A DNA stretch of 63,993 nt, the filler included, from Sanchytrium tribonematis (Eukaryota), in assembly GCA_018985235.1 (NCBI GenBank). It is 13 parts of 13 records of this genome, joined end to end, with 100 filler letters (N's around TTAATTAATTAA, not from the genome) between each part and the next. Parts side by side here need not be neighbours in the genome. Positions count along the whole stretch, not along the records: positions 31,261 to 50,248 come from JADGIG010000106.1; 12 more parts are not named here. The stretch is one strand, 5' to 3'. The number at the start of each line of letters is the position of its first letter. Within the stretch, counting starts at the first letter, position 1. A model generated the notes under the pieces. That model had not been told where the DNA came from and searched no databases. It saw only the letters and a program-made list of their open reading frames with translations. The translations under genes were made by a program, and so were the position numbers. Positions 35,752 to 45,905 of the stretch are shown in pieces.

Positions 35752-36282
35752 ATGTCTGCACAAGTTGAAGCAAATTCTGCTCCTCAAGATGATGACTTTC
35801 AATATTTACATCCCCTTCAAAATCACTGGATCTTATGGTATCAGCCGATGAACGATTTTAAGACTTTACAAAAAGTAGTCGAGGTTACAACCGTTGAAGA
35901 GTTTTGGAGTGTGTTTAATAATTTACGTCAACTTGAAAACATGGAAGACAAAACAACTCTTTATTTTTTTAAGCAAGGTATTGATCCTGCTTGGGAGTGC
36001 AAATTGAACAAAGGTAGATTAAAAGGTAATCTGATCAGAAACAGAGACTGCAATGTTGTATATCAGCAAGTTTTGATGCATTGCATCGGTGAAGCCTATA
36101 AAAGCATGGATGAAATCAATGGTGTTGCTATTTGCGTACGTAAAAATAAGGCTTTTCGACTTGATGTTTGGTTGAAAAGCGATGGCTCTGTTAAAGAGGT
36201 AGAACAGCAATTGGATAAAACTTTAACTGACATGGATATTTTGGATCATTCTTTTACATGGGATGATTTCTCACATCAATAA
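35752..36282 (+). CDS. Translation initiation factor eIF4E family
   Basis: HPLQNHWILWY, TVEEFWSVFN, FKQGIDPAWE, IGE, INGVAICVR, VWLK. Confidence 0.92.
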   Translation: MSAQVEANSAPQDDDFQYLHPLQNHWILWYQPMNDFKTLQKVVEVTTVEEFWSVFNNLRQLENMEDKTTLYFFKQGIDPAWECKLNKGRLKGNLIRNRDCNVVYQQVLMHCIGEAYKSMDEINGVAICVRKNKAFRLDVWLKSDGSVKEVEQQLDKTLTDMDILDHSFTWDDFSHQ

Positions 36283-36297
36283 ATGAAGTATAACACA

Positions 36298-36663
36298 ATG
36301 TTTAGTAAGTTAAAGCTAAAGGGAAAGGAATGTTTGCTTCCTAGTGGCAAAGTAATTGCTGTGAACAATATTCCCACTGAAAAGTATATGAAATCTTTGC
36401 ATAAAGTACTAAATGATGACTCAAAGAACTGCCCTATGCTGCAATCAGAATTACAGTTATCATATTGGGCACCTATTAGAGATTATAGATCACCCTACAT
36501 TCCAAATCGCCTTCCGCCGATCGAAGATATTTTCGGTTTCTGTAGTAGAGATGGACAAGTACAAGTCAACGATTTTCATATATTTTATACTGAAAAAGGA
36601 TTTCCTCAGTTTTCGCCATTTTTGATGGCTAAACTCGAATCCGAAATGGGGAAAGGTGATTAG
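36298..36663 (+). CDS. Conserved-looking small hypothetical protein
   Basis: Motif DYRSP..NRLPPIEDIFG...TEKG...SPFL; start could be 36283 or 36298. Confidence 0.55.
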   Translation: MFSKLKLKGKECLLPSGKVIAVNNIPTEKYMKSLHKVLNDDSKNCPMLQSELQLSYWAPIRDYRSPYIPNRLPPIEDIFGFCSRDGQVQVNDFHIFYTEKGFPQFSPFLMAKLESEMGKGD

Positions 36664-36676
36664 TTTCAAATAAATT

Positions 36677-36685
36677 CACGTGTTT
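36677..36685 (+). promoter_or_regulatory. CACGTGTTT E-box upstream of RPL36 (also at 40605-40613 upstream of RPL9)
   Basis: Same 9-mer starts 46 and 42 nt before the ATGs of the two ribosomal protein genes. Confidence 0.45.
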
Positions 36686-36722
36686 GGAAAACGCTTTTCC
36701 CCTTTTATAAATCAACAAATAT

Positions 36723-36998
36723 ATGTCATACACAACTGTACGCAAGTCTAAAGCAAAGCCAGGCAACCAGCGAACACTAACTAAAAAGGGAAAATTTGTC
36801 AAATCACTAATCAGAGAAGTCGTTGGATTCGCGCCATACGAAAAAAGAATTATGGAACTTTTGAAAAATTCAAAGGATAAGAGAGCTAAGAAATTTGCTA
36901 AGCAGAGATTAGGAACATTGAGACGCGCCAAAAGAAAGGTAGACGAGTTGACTGATATTATCCAAACTCAAAGAAGAAAAGTAGAAAAGCATGAATAA
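36723..36998 (+). CDS. RPL36: 60S ribosomal protein L36 (eL36)
   Basis: [41 protein letters not shown]. Confidence 0.97.
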   Translation: MSYTTVRKSKAKPGNQRTLTKKGKFVKSLIREVVGFAPYEKRIMELLKNSKDKRAKKFAKQRLGTLRRAKRKVDELTDIIQTQRRKVEKHE

Positions 36999-37008
36999 AT
37001 ATGTTTTA

Positions 37009-38434
37009 CTACGGAGTAAATTTGACCATTGTCGATTTTGCATAGTGATCTAAAATACTATACAAGTACGATTGAATATTTTTTTCTTCTTTAATACTTA
37101 GAAAGTAGGTCATTGCTGCAAATGTTAATGATTGGGGGCAATTAGGGAACATCATTAATGAATGATAAAGATCATACAACAAACCACTACACTTCAGGTT
37201 ACAAGGACCTGCCAAATGAAATACGCTTTGCATGTTGCAAAAGATTTCTAATGGCAACTCCTCTTGACTTTGGTGTAACTCTAGCAAAGAAGTCACCTTT
37301 TGAAATTTGAATAGTAATTGAAAATAATCAATCTCATGATACTCGCAATTTTCAAGTAAATGAAGAGCATCCAGTTCATCAAGATTTTCGTCAAAATACC
37401 GGCCTACGATTTTTCCAGCCAATGTGTCACTTTCCAGGTATTTGCCAAGCTTTCTTGATAGTATACAATACTTAATTGCATCATGATATATTCTGCAGTT
37501 CAAATTATAGATCCCATACATCTAAATAAAATTAATTTACGTGGTACCACATTCCAAGCAAATCTTTGAATTTATAAATGTATTTTTCTACAATTTGGAA
37601 ATTTTCGTCGTCTATTTGAATTAAAGGTAGCAGCAAAGACAAACCGTTTAGCTTCCCAATATCATAAGCAATTTCTAAACTTAATTTATATTCTTTATAG
37701 CGAAGTAAATTCCCAATACATCTCCATTCTATGCAAATATCGGAGATAACTTTACCAGCATAGTTGTGCTGCTTTATCAAGTAATTATTCAAATGCTTGC
37801 AAAAAAGTGAATCCGAAGGAGACAGTAAATGTAAAACATGCTCAACATTTTGCTGCATAAATATGCGCTTCAAAACCTCAGCATGGGAAATTCCAAGTGG
37901 TTGTATTCTACCGATTGGCGCTAAAAAATCTGGGAATTGATTAAGCTTCATAAAAATCTGCTCGTGTAAATAATCTTTGTGAAATAATAAGCTTGTAGCA
38001 AATTCTAGCCAGTTATCAGTGTAGGTTTCCAACAATTCTTCATCACCCAATAAAATTCTATAAATCTCTAAATAATCCTGGTTATCATTTGTGTATTCAA
38101 AAAGACCTTGAAGCAATTGCAAGTCTTTCTGATGTGGCAAATTTTCGCAATATTTTGAAACAATATTAAGAAATGCTCCTTGATCGTCAAATTTAACCAG
38201 ATGCGGCAAGCATGCAATTCTGCGCTTTAAATCTCTCGTCGTATTCGATTTGCCACTGTCTATAACTTCACAAAGACACATTATGTCATTCGTAACTTTA
38301 AATTTAAATATTGCAAACAATTTCGACGTACCATGTGATAATAAATAGTCAGGATATTTGTAGTATTTTAGAAGGTTTGAGGGGATATCTTCCCTTTGCA
38401 ATTGATATACTTTCTCTGATTCAAGAAAATTCAT
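37009..38434 (-). CDS. Probable divergent nucleoporin Nup85-like alpha-solenoid, 2 exons, 19-nt intron at 37522-37540
   Basis: Intron GTAAATTAATTTTATTTAG fuses two ORFs in frame; IYRILLGDEELL...NWLEFATSLLF recalls Nup85. Confidence 0.55.
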
Positions 38435-38516
38435 TTGCACTTAGGTTTGAAAAAGTCTTTGATTGGTACAAAAGGAGAACTGCAAGTTATTAGAAAAACG
38501 AACCCCCAGATACTAA

Positions 38517-39389
38517 ATGGTAAAAATTGACCCAGACGATATACTTAACAATGACGCATTTACCTATATTGGATTTGCGCTGAACTCTTTGTGTCTCATC
38601 ATAGGAATCGTAACAGTAGTGAAGTTTGTAAGGGAAACTACGCGAAAAAAGACGTATTTTTACTACGCTATGGTGGCTATTGTTATCGGAAGTGTTCTGA
38701 CTAGTATTATTTTCTTCTTTCAAGTTATTTGTGACTCTAGAAGCCTTAAGGAAAATGTGTGTCAGCAGTGGATGTTGGATTTGACAAATGCTATGTGGCA
38801 GATTGCGTATCTCATGATGTTTGCTTTGGTGATTAGTTCTACATTTAAATATACTGTGCTTAGAACTATGAATCATTGGAAATGGGATCTGCAACCATTT
38901 TTATTACTAATTGGCCTATTTCTTTATTTGAGCACGTCAATACTAAGAATTCTCGCCACAATTTCATACAATAATTCCTACAAATATTCAATCATTGCAT
39001 TGCTTTTATACACTGTTATCGTGGACGTCATAATTTTAGGATATTTATTAAAAAAACTAAGGGACACTCGTAAAATATGTGTCAATATTCCAAAAAACAT
39101 CGATTTGGCTTATTATAGCACCAGGAATGCATTAGTCTTCATATTAGTTGGATTTCCGCTACTTTTGGTATTGTTTGTTTTGAACTCGATTTTGTGGAAG
39201 GATAATTCAAATATGTTTAACTTTTTAAAATATCTCATTCATTTTGCAGTAGTCGTATACTTTTCTTTGAATGTCGTTTCTATGATCTTGATCAAAACTT
39301 TGGCAGAGGTTCAAGATTGTTCCTCTTCATTTTTTGGGTTAGATTCAACTCTCGTGAATGAGTCCAAACAAATGCGTAGTCTCGATTAG
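38517..39389 (+). CDS. Seven-TM membrane protein, GPCR-like
   Basis: About seven hydrophobic helices and a Cys pair in a loop (ICDSRSLKENVC). Confidence 0.6.
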   Translation: MVKIDPDDILNNDAFTYIGFALNSLCLIIGIVTVVKFVRETTRKKTYFYYAMVAIVIGSVLTSIIFFFQVICDSRSLKENVCQQWMLDLTNAMWQIAYLMMFALVISSTFKYTVLRTMNHWKWDLQPFLLLIGLFLYLSTSILRILATISYNNSYKYSIIALLLYTVIVDVIILGYLLKKLRDTRKICVNIPKNIDLAYYSTRNALVFILVGFPLLLVLFVLNSILWKDNSNMFNFLKYLIHFAVVVYFSLNVVSMILIKTLAEVQDCSSSFFGLDSTLVNESKQMRSLD

Positions 39390-39487
39390 CGGATGATTGA
39401 AATTTTAATAAAAAATTAATTTTTAAAAAAATTTCAACTTAGCCCTGATGTGATCAAAAACTGTCTAATTCCCATTTAAAATTTGAA

Positions 39488-40594
39488 ATGTACTCTTTGA
39501 TCACAATGGAGCAAGTTTTGGGCCCAAACCCTTATCTAAATGTCAAGGCACCTTCATTAATCATGCCCGTTCCAAAAAAATGCACACACCATTGCGTTAG
39601 AAAAGAATTTCACAAAGCGACTAAAGAAGAGCGAATCAAATTTTTGTGGGCTATGAGGAAGCTAATGGAAAATAACGGGAATGATTATTCACCATGGGAG
39701 CAATTGGCCAGGGAGCATTTCTACTACGCTTCTTTAAATCACAATTCAAAAAGCTTTTTTCCTTGGCACAGATTGTTTACGGCCAGATTGGAATTCACCT
39801 TGCAACAGATTGACCCTTCTGTGTGCTTGTTATATTGGGATTGGAGTTACGAAAGTCAAAATTGGAAGTCGTCCCAATTATTTGCAAGTGATATGTTAGG
39901 AATGGGTGGTATTGGTACCACACAATGCATCAATGGTCCATTTGCAGATGTAAAGCTAAAGACAGCTACACATCCAACAGGGTGTATATCTCGTGGCTTT
40001 GGAACTTCAGTATTTTACGCAAATGCATTTCTCGTTCAAGCCGAGAACCAATATAACACTTATAAAGATTGGGCCGAATATTGGGAAGTCAATCCGCACG
40101 CAGTCATTCATCGATATATTGGAGGAGATATGAGTACTCAATATTCTCCAAATGACCCAATATTTTACATGCACCATGGGACTGTTGATTTATACTATTG
40201 GAAATTTCAAGGCAAACTCGCCAAAAATGGCCAACCACAGTATGATGGAATGACAAATGGCCAGCCGGTCTCTCTAGAAGATGTTTTAGTGCCATATCCA
40301 CATAAAGTGAAAGATGTCATGTCAATAGCGGATTTTTGCTATTCATATGATGTGTTTGAAAAAGAGCCAGAAAAAAATATCACTCAGCCAGATATTCCAA
40401 CCGATTTTCTAAAAGCTAACGGTTTCAATGACAATCAAATTCAGAATCTTGCAACGAATAACATGATGCATTCACAAGTTATTAATAGGGTAAATGGTAA
40501 TAGCAACAGTCAATCTAGAACATCTAATGCAGATTGTCTAGGAAACGGGCTTCTTATTTATGCTACTTTTCTTGTATTATACTTCTTAAGATGA
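39488..40594 (+). CDS. Tyrosinase (type-3 di-copper) with hydrophobic C-terminus
   Basis: CuA: EHF...HNSKSFFPWHR; YWDWS; CuB: PHAVIHRYIGGDM...SPNDPIFYMHH. Confidence 0.93.
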   Translation: MYSLITMEQVLGPNPYLNVKAPSLIMPVPKKCTHHCVRKEFHKATKEERIKFLWAMRKLMENNGNDYSPWEQLAREHFYYASLNHNSKSFFPWHRLFTARLEFTLQQIDPSVCLLYWDWSYESQNWKSSQLFASDMLGMGGIGTTQCINGPFADVKLKTATHPTGCISRGFGTSVFYANAFLVQAENQYNTYKDWAEYWEVNPHAVIHRYIGGDMSTQYSPNDPIFYMHHGTVDLYYWKFQGKLAKNGQPQYDGMTNGQPVSLEDVLVPYPHKVKDVMSIADFCYSYDVFEKEPEKNITQPDIPTDFLKANGFNDNQIQNLATNNMMHSQVINRVNGNSNSQSRTSNADCLGNGLLIYATFLVLYFLR

Positions 40595-40646
40595 TTGGTT
40601 GTTACACGTGTTTATTAAAGGGACCGAAAGTTTCACTAACAATTCA

Positions 40647-41219
40647 ATGCGCTTAGTTGTAGGTTTTAGAGATATTGTTATTCCTGAAGAAGTTACAGTT
40701 AGCGTCAAAGCTCGATCTGTAGTAGTTAAAGGTCCTAGAGGAGAATTAAAAAAAGAATTTAAGCATATTCCTTGCGAAATCATTAAGCATAATTCTAAAA
40801 CTATAAGAGTCCGAGTTTGGCATGGTCAACGTAAGCATCTTGCATGTGTAAGAACTCTGTGCTCTCATATTGAAAATCTTATTACGGGTGTCACTAAGGG
40901 ATTTTTGTACAAGATGAGACTAGTTTACGCGCATTTTCCAATTAATGCTAGTGTTGTTGATGGCGGTAAAACTATAGAAATTAGAAATTTTTTGGGTGAA
41001 AAGATTACAAGAGTTGTACCAATGGCACCAGGAGTCAAGGTTGAATTAAGCAAAGACCAAAAAGATGAATTAATTCTTCAAGGTAATGATGTTGAAGCCG
41101 TTTCGCAATCTGCCGCGTCTATCAGACAATCTGTTTTGGTTAGAAACAAAGATATTAGAAAGTTTTTGGACGGTATCTTTGTTTCTCAAAAAACAAACGT
41201 AGTTGTTGATCAGGAATAA
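40647..41219 (+). CDS. RPL9: 60S ribosomal protein L9 (uL6)
   Basis: VKGPRGEL, GVTKGFLYKMRLVYAHFPIN, IRNFLGEK, KDIRKFLDGIFVS. Confidence 0.97.
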   Translation: MRLVVGFRDIVIPEEVTVSVKARSVVVKGPRGELKKEFKHIPCEIIKHNSKTIRVRVWHGQRKHLACVRTLCSHIENLITGVTKGFLYKMRLVYAHFPINASVVDGGKTIEIRNFLGEKITRVVPMAPGVKVELSKDQKDELILQGNDVEAVSQSAASIRQSVLVRNKDIRKFLDGIFVSQKTNVVVDQE

Positions 41220-41261
41220 ATATCAGTTTTATTTTCAGCTTCCCAGTTTAATTTTGATACC

Positions 41262-43281
41262 ATGTCTCAAGTGAAAGAAGTTAAAGCTTCAAGCGCCTCT
41301 CAAGAGCAGTCGGATTTTGTCTTGCCGCTCCCAAAGCAAATGCTAGCACCTATGCCCGCAGCAGAAAGAGCCAAGCCGGTGAAAATGGATTACAATTTCA
41401 GAAACCAATTAGTTTATTCTAATAACAAATGTATCTATTTATTGGATGCTAAGACAACCTCGCATATGTCTGCTAATGCCGAGGTTTATGGAGAACATCT
41501 CCACCCAGTGAGCGCGGTCAGCTTTACTCCCTCGGGTTATTATGTGAGCAGTGGTGACCAAAGTGGGCAAGTTAGAATTTGGGATGTCACTCAACCAGAG
41601 CATATCACCAAATACAATTATGAGATTTTCAATGGTGCAGTTCTAGACATTGCTTGGAATGAAAACGATAGACTCATTGTTGGAGGAGATGGCAAGGAAG
41701 AAAAAGTCAAGGGAATATTGTGGCATACAGGCACAACTATTGGTGAATTCCCGGGTCACTCTAAACAGGTCAATGCAGTCGCACATACCAAACAAAGGCC
41801 TTTTAAGGCTTTTACTGCAAGTGATGATATCAGTGTGAATGTTTATAGTAATATTCCATATGTCTTTCAATTAAGCTTGAAAGATCATCAAAGATTTGTT
41901 AGTGATGTCAGCTGTAACAATTCTTTAATGTTAAGTGCTGGATTTGACGGTCTGGTGAACATGTATGACATCAAACAAATTGGCAAGGTGGAAAACAATG
42001 GTAGAACCCCTATACAATGTCACGACGCAGCAATTATGAGCATGGGGGTTCAAGAGGAACAATTTTGTACTGCATCATTGGACAAATCTATCAAAATTTG
42101 GGATATTCAATCTGCCAAAATGATTCACCAATATCAAATCGGGTCCTCTATTGAATTTCAGCAAATGGGTTGTGTCTGGAATCAACATAGTAATGGAATC
42201 TATAGTGTTGGATTGGATGGTACGCTATATTTTATGGACCCTCGACACAAAGACGTTCAAATTAAAAATGTCATTAAGCGTTGGAATGGACATGCAAAGC
42301 CTGTTACAGCATTGAGTAATGAAGTATTAGATGGCAACGAAAGAAGTACTTTATATTGATTTAGCATTTTGGAGTGCTAGTTATGACGGTAGGGTCATTC
42401 AGTGGAAGGGTACTTTTGAAGGCTCAAAATTTTCAAACTTGCATAATAATACATTGTATCAACATACAAATCAAGTTACTGGACTTGTCGCACACAAGAA
42501 TGGCATTTTAAGCGTTGGGATGGATGACCAACTGATTAGTACTGAAAAACTGGTCACTTTGACAGATTCTGTACAAGCAATTCCAAAAACAAGCACAATT
42601 AAAGGCAAAGTGCAAGGATTAGCTAAAGGTCTATCAGTGATTAAAAATACTGCCATCATAGCGTCTACTAATGCATTACAGACTATCAAGATTTCAGATA
42701 TCGGCCTAAATCCTACTACCATTAAAAAAGGAGATTTTAGTTCAGTTGCTTCCTCTGAAAAGTATGTTGTAGTTGGAAGTGGTGCAAATGCGTATGTTTA
42801 TAAAACGGAAAACATTTTGTCTAATGCCAACGTCGAACCTATTGTGACCTTTAAAGTCAAAGGAAATGTCACTTGTGTACTCATTACTCCAGATGATGAG
42901 TACGTTGTGACAGGGTCATCGGAAAGGCAGGTCGCACTGCATCAAATCTCTAGTAAAGAAACTGTCATTGATCAATGGGTCTTTCATAGCAGTAAGGTAA
43001 CTGCAATTAGCTGTAGCCCAGAAAAGATTGATGGTCAGTGGTTTATTGCAAGTGGAGCTGTGGATGGAATTATTCTGATCAATAGACCAGACAAACCTTT
43101 GGAACCCAAAAAAGTCCAGCCTGCACATTTGGAAGGTGTTAATTGTGTCGAATGGCTGAACACATTTAAAAGAGACATTCCTGATCCCAAAGAGAAGGAC
43201 AAAAGCTTAACAGAAACTGTTGCAGTTATCAAAAGTTCAGGTGGTGACGCTTCCGTGAAGTTGTGGGAAATTGTGCTATGA
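41262..43281 (+). CDS. AIP1: Actin-interacting protein 1 (Aip1/WDR1) WD40 protein, 2 exons, 19-nt intron at 42346-42364
   Basis: PSGYYVSSGDQSGQVRIWD, GHSKQVNAV, QRPFKAFTASDD, WVFHSSKV. Splicing gives ERTFWSASYDG. Confidence 0.92.
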
Positions 43282-43305
43282 GTAAAAATAGTTTTTATTA
43301 TTATT

Positions 43306-43611
43306 TTAGTTCTGTATGCGAGTCTGTGGCACTAAGTGACGTAGTTCGTGTTGGACTTGTTCCCTTGTACAAATATTCTTTCTGATCAAGTGCTCTAATC
43401 TTTCAGGAACTTGGTCCAATGGGTAACACGAGAGAAGAAACTTGACTGGGTAATCTTTACATAAAGCATCGATTGTTTTGTTCACCAAAGTTCTTTGTCG
43501 CATATTTTCGCCATGTCTATTAAGCTTAGAATGACTTAATTTTACTATATATTTAACTTGTATTAGATCCATTATCAGTCTAGGTTGCGTGGGAACTGTC
43601 ATATATAACAT
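43306..43611 (-). CDS. Hypothetical protein (101 aa)
   Basis: ATG-initiated ORF filling the intergenic space; no motif recognised. Confidence 0.45.
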   Translation of the reverse strand: MLYMTVPTQPRLIMDLIQVKYIVKLSHSKLNRHGENMRQRTLVNKTIDALCKDYPVKFLLSCYPLDQVPERLEHLIRKNICTREQVQHELRHLVPQTRIQN

Positions 43612-43697
43612 GATTTCAAATTTGTGTGATCTTACTCATAGGATTTGCAGGACTTGGAACCAATAAAAATGTGATACAAGAGATCACAAGATATGCT

Positions 43698-43994
43698 TTA
43701 GATGTCTGGCAGTTTGAGTTGTTCAATAGGCTCATAAACAACATATGAGTCTGATAACAAGAAATGTATTTTTGCGACGACTGCTTTGAAAACTACAATA
43801 TATTGTTTATGCTGATTCAATTCATTAAAGTCTGCCAAAGCTTTGTAGACTATCAAACAGTACTCTTTTGCATGATCAGAATGAATAAGCAATAAATGAT
43901 GTAGCTTTTTCATTTTTTTAAAGTGAATGAAATGTCTCTGATGGCTTTCATATGAGCTGAGTAAGGTTGTGAAGTACCCCAACTCAACATTCAT
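43698..43994 (-). CDS. Hypothetical protein (98 aa)
   Basis: ATG-initiated ORF, divergent from the proteasome gene with a 23-nt gap. Confidence 0.45.
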   Translation of the reverse strand: MNVELGYFTTLLSSYESHQRHFIHFKKMKKLHHLLLIHSDHAKEYCLIVYKALADFNELNQHKQYIVVFKAVVAKIHFLLSDSYVVYEPIEQLKLPDI

Positions 43995-44017
43995 TTTTGT
44001 AACTACTCCTTTTAAAA

Positions 44018-44671
44018 ATGCAACAACCTGTTTCTCTAGGTACTACAATTATGGCTTGTTCCTACAAAAATGGAATTGTGTTAGCAGCTGATAGCAGAAC
44101 TACTACTGGTTCATATATTGCAAACAGAGTTACTGATAAATTGACTCAGTTACATGACAATATCTGGTGTTTGCGTAGTGGAAGCGCTGCCGATACTCAA
44201 GCATTAGCGGACTTGACGAGACGCCAATTAAAGTCTGCAGAATTACACTATGGACATGTTACGGCTAAAATGGCTGCACATATTATGTCCAAAATGGCAT
44301 ATCAATACAGAAGTCAACTGAGTGCAGGCTTGATTGTCGTTGGTTTGGATGATGAAAAAAATAAGGATGACATGGAAACCGATGTTTTGGAGTATTCTAT
44401 TTATGCTATACCTTTAGGCGGGAGCGTTCATAAACAACCATTTACTATTGGTGGAAGTGGATCTACTTTTATTTATGGATATTGCGACTCTCATTTCAAA
44501 TCTGATTTTAACAGGGAAGAGTGCATTGAATTTGTTAAAAACTCTGTCTCTTTGGCAATGCACCGAGATGGAAGTAGTGGAGGGTGCTTGAGATATGCTG
44601 TTCTCGAAAATAACCAAGTTAATAGACACGTCGTCTTGGGAAACGAATTGCCTCAACATGTCATTCATTAA
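44018..44671 (+). CDS. PRE3: 20S proteasome subunit beta-1
   Basis: VSLG/TTIMA processing site, ADSRTTTGSYIANRVTDKLT, RSGSAADTQ, GGSGSTFIYG, RDGSSGG. Confidence 0.96.
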   Translation: MQQPVSLGTTIMACSYKNGIVLAADSRTTTGSYIANRVTDKLTQLHDNIWCLRSGSAADTQALADLTRRQLKSAELHYGHVTAKMAAHIMSKMAYQYRSQLSAGLIVVGLDDEKNKDDMETDVLEYSIYAIPLGGSVHKQPFTIGGSGSTFIYGYCDSHFKSDFNREECIEFVKNSVSLAMHRDGSSGGCLRYAVLENNQVNRHVVLGNELPQHVIH

Positions 44672-44942
44672 ACTTTTTATTGTATTCCTTTTGTGTTAAT
44701 AACTTCATTTGAAGTGCATGAAGTATCTTCATCTCATCTTCCAAAAGCTTGTAAACTTGCCTATGTCTCTTCAACAATGGAATGTCGTCAAAAACGTCAG
44801 AAACTAGAAGTAAATTGAAATGACTCTCAACATTTGGGGAATTTTTCATGGCTTCGTGACGTGCATGTAAATGGCTAACATTTTCTAGCTTCATAACAAC
44901 AGGCTTTAGTAACTCCAACTTTAAATGCAATCGTTGATACAT
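44661..44942 (-). CDS. BolA-like protein
   Basis: ENVSHLHARH, ESHFNLLLVSDVF, LLKRHRQVYKLL, HALQ. Confidence 0.92.
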   Translation of the reverse strand: MYQRLHLKLELLKPVVMKLENVSHLHARHEAMKNSPNVESHFNLLLVSDVFDDIPLLKRHRQVYKLLEDEMKILHALQMKLLTQKEYNKKFNE

Positions 44943-44948
44943 GGAGAT

Positions 44949-45863
44949 TTATTTTTGCTTCTTTCTCAATGCTTTCTTTTGAATATTTAGATGCAATTTA
45001 TAAATATAGTTAATCCAAAATTCTGTTGTCATAAGATTAACAATTCCCCACTTTAATATAGAATGACTGAAATATCCAGTGTATGAATTTGCTGTTTTGC
45101 AGCTTAATTTTCCATCTAAAACGCTCTTTGCAAAGTCATTTGAAGTTGGGCAGAAAAAATTTGGCTTCATTCTAGACATCTTAGTAGATACAAAATAGGT
45201 GTCCAAGTTGATAACATCTAAATGTTCTTCCAAAGCTAAGCAATCCCCAAAGTACTGCAAAAACACTTTCGTTCCGCTGTAAACTCCTAAGAGAGGTGAT
45301 GGACATAGTCCACTAAAGGATCCCATATTAATCACGCAACCACCTTTCAATTTTGATAAAGCTATCTTTGTGGTGGATAACGCTCCCATAATGTTGACAT
45401 TGACCATTTTTTTCATGTTTTCTAGTGATTCTTTCCCGAATTCCATAGGGTATTCATGAGAAATACCTGCATTGTTGATAAGTAAATTAAGATGTGAGAT
45501 CTTATCTAAAGCTAGCTCTATTTCTTGGTGGCAACTATCGATTTGTCCATTTGGCCCAAAAGTGATATCTTTACTATAATCCAATTGCACGATGCAAGTC
45601 TTTACACCAAAACTTTTTATCTCATTATCAAGAGATTCCAGCTTATCCTTATTCCTTCCTACTAGAACCAAATTCCATTTCTTTCCAGCCAAGTATAACG
45701 CCATTGCCATTCCAATTCCATCGGTGCATCCAGTAATTAAACACCATGATTCACCAATTTTCGACGCATATTTGATATACAACGGTTCAGTATGTCTGGG
45801 AAATAGCAGCCAAATCTTATAGAAAATAAAAATTGTGAATACATACCCTAGATAAACAAACAT
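44949..45863 (-). CDS. Very-long-chain 3-oxoacyl-CoA reductase (Ifa38/HSD17B12-like SDR)
   Basis: WCLITGCTDGIG, LINNAG, YSGTK catalytic motif, YFVSTKMS. Confidence 0.9.
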   Translation of the reverse strand: MFVYLGYVFTIFIFYKIWLLFPRHTEPLYIKYASKIGESWCLITGCTDGIGMAMALYLAGKKWNLVLVGRNKDKLESLDNEIKSFGVKTCIVQLDYSKDITFGPNGQIDSCHQEIELALDKISHLNLLINNAGISHEYPMEFGKESLENMKKMVNVNIMGALSTTKIALSKLKGGCVINMGSFSGLCPSPLLGVYSGTKVFLQYFGDCLALEEHLDVINLDTYFVSTKMSRMKPNFFCPTSNDFAKSVLDGKLSCKTANSYTGYFSHSILKWGIVNLMTTEFWINYIYKLHLNIQKKALRKKQK

Positions 45864-45905
45864 CTCCTAGTTAGATAATATCGAAGTCATGAACAAGTAG
45901 GTCAA

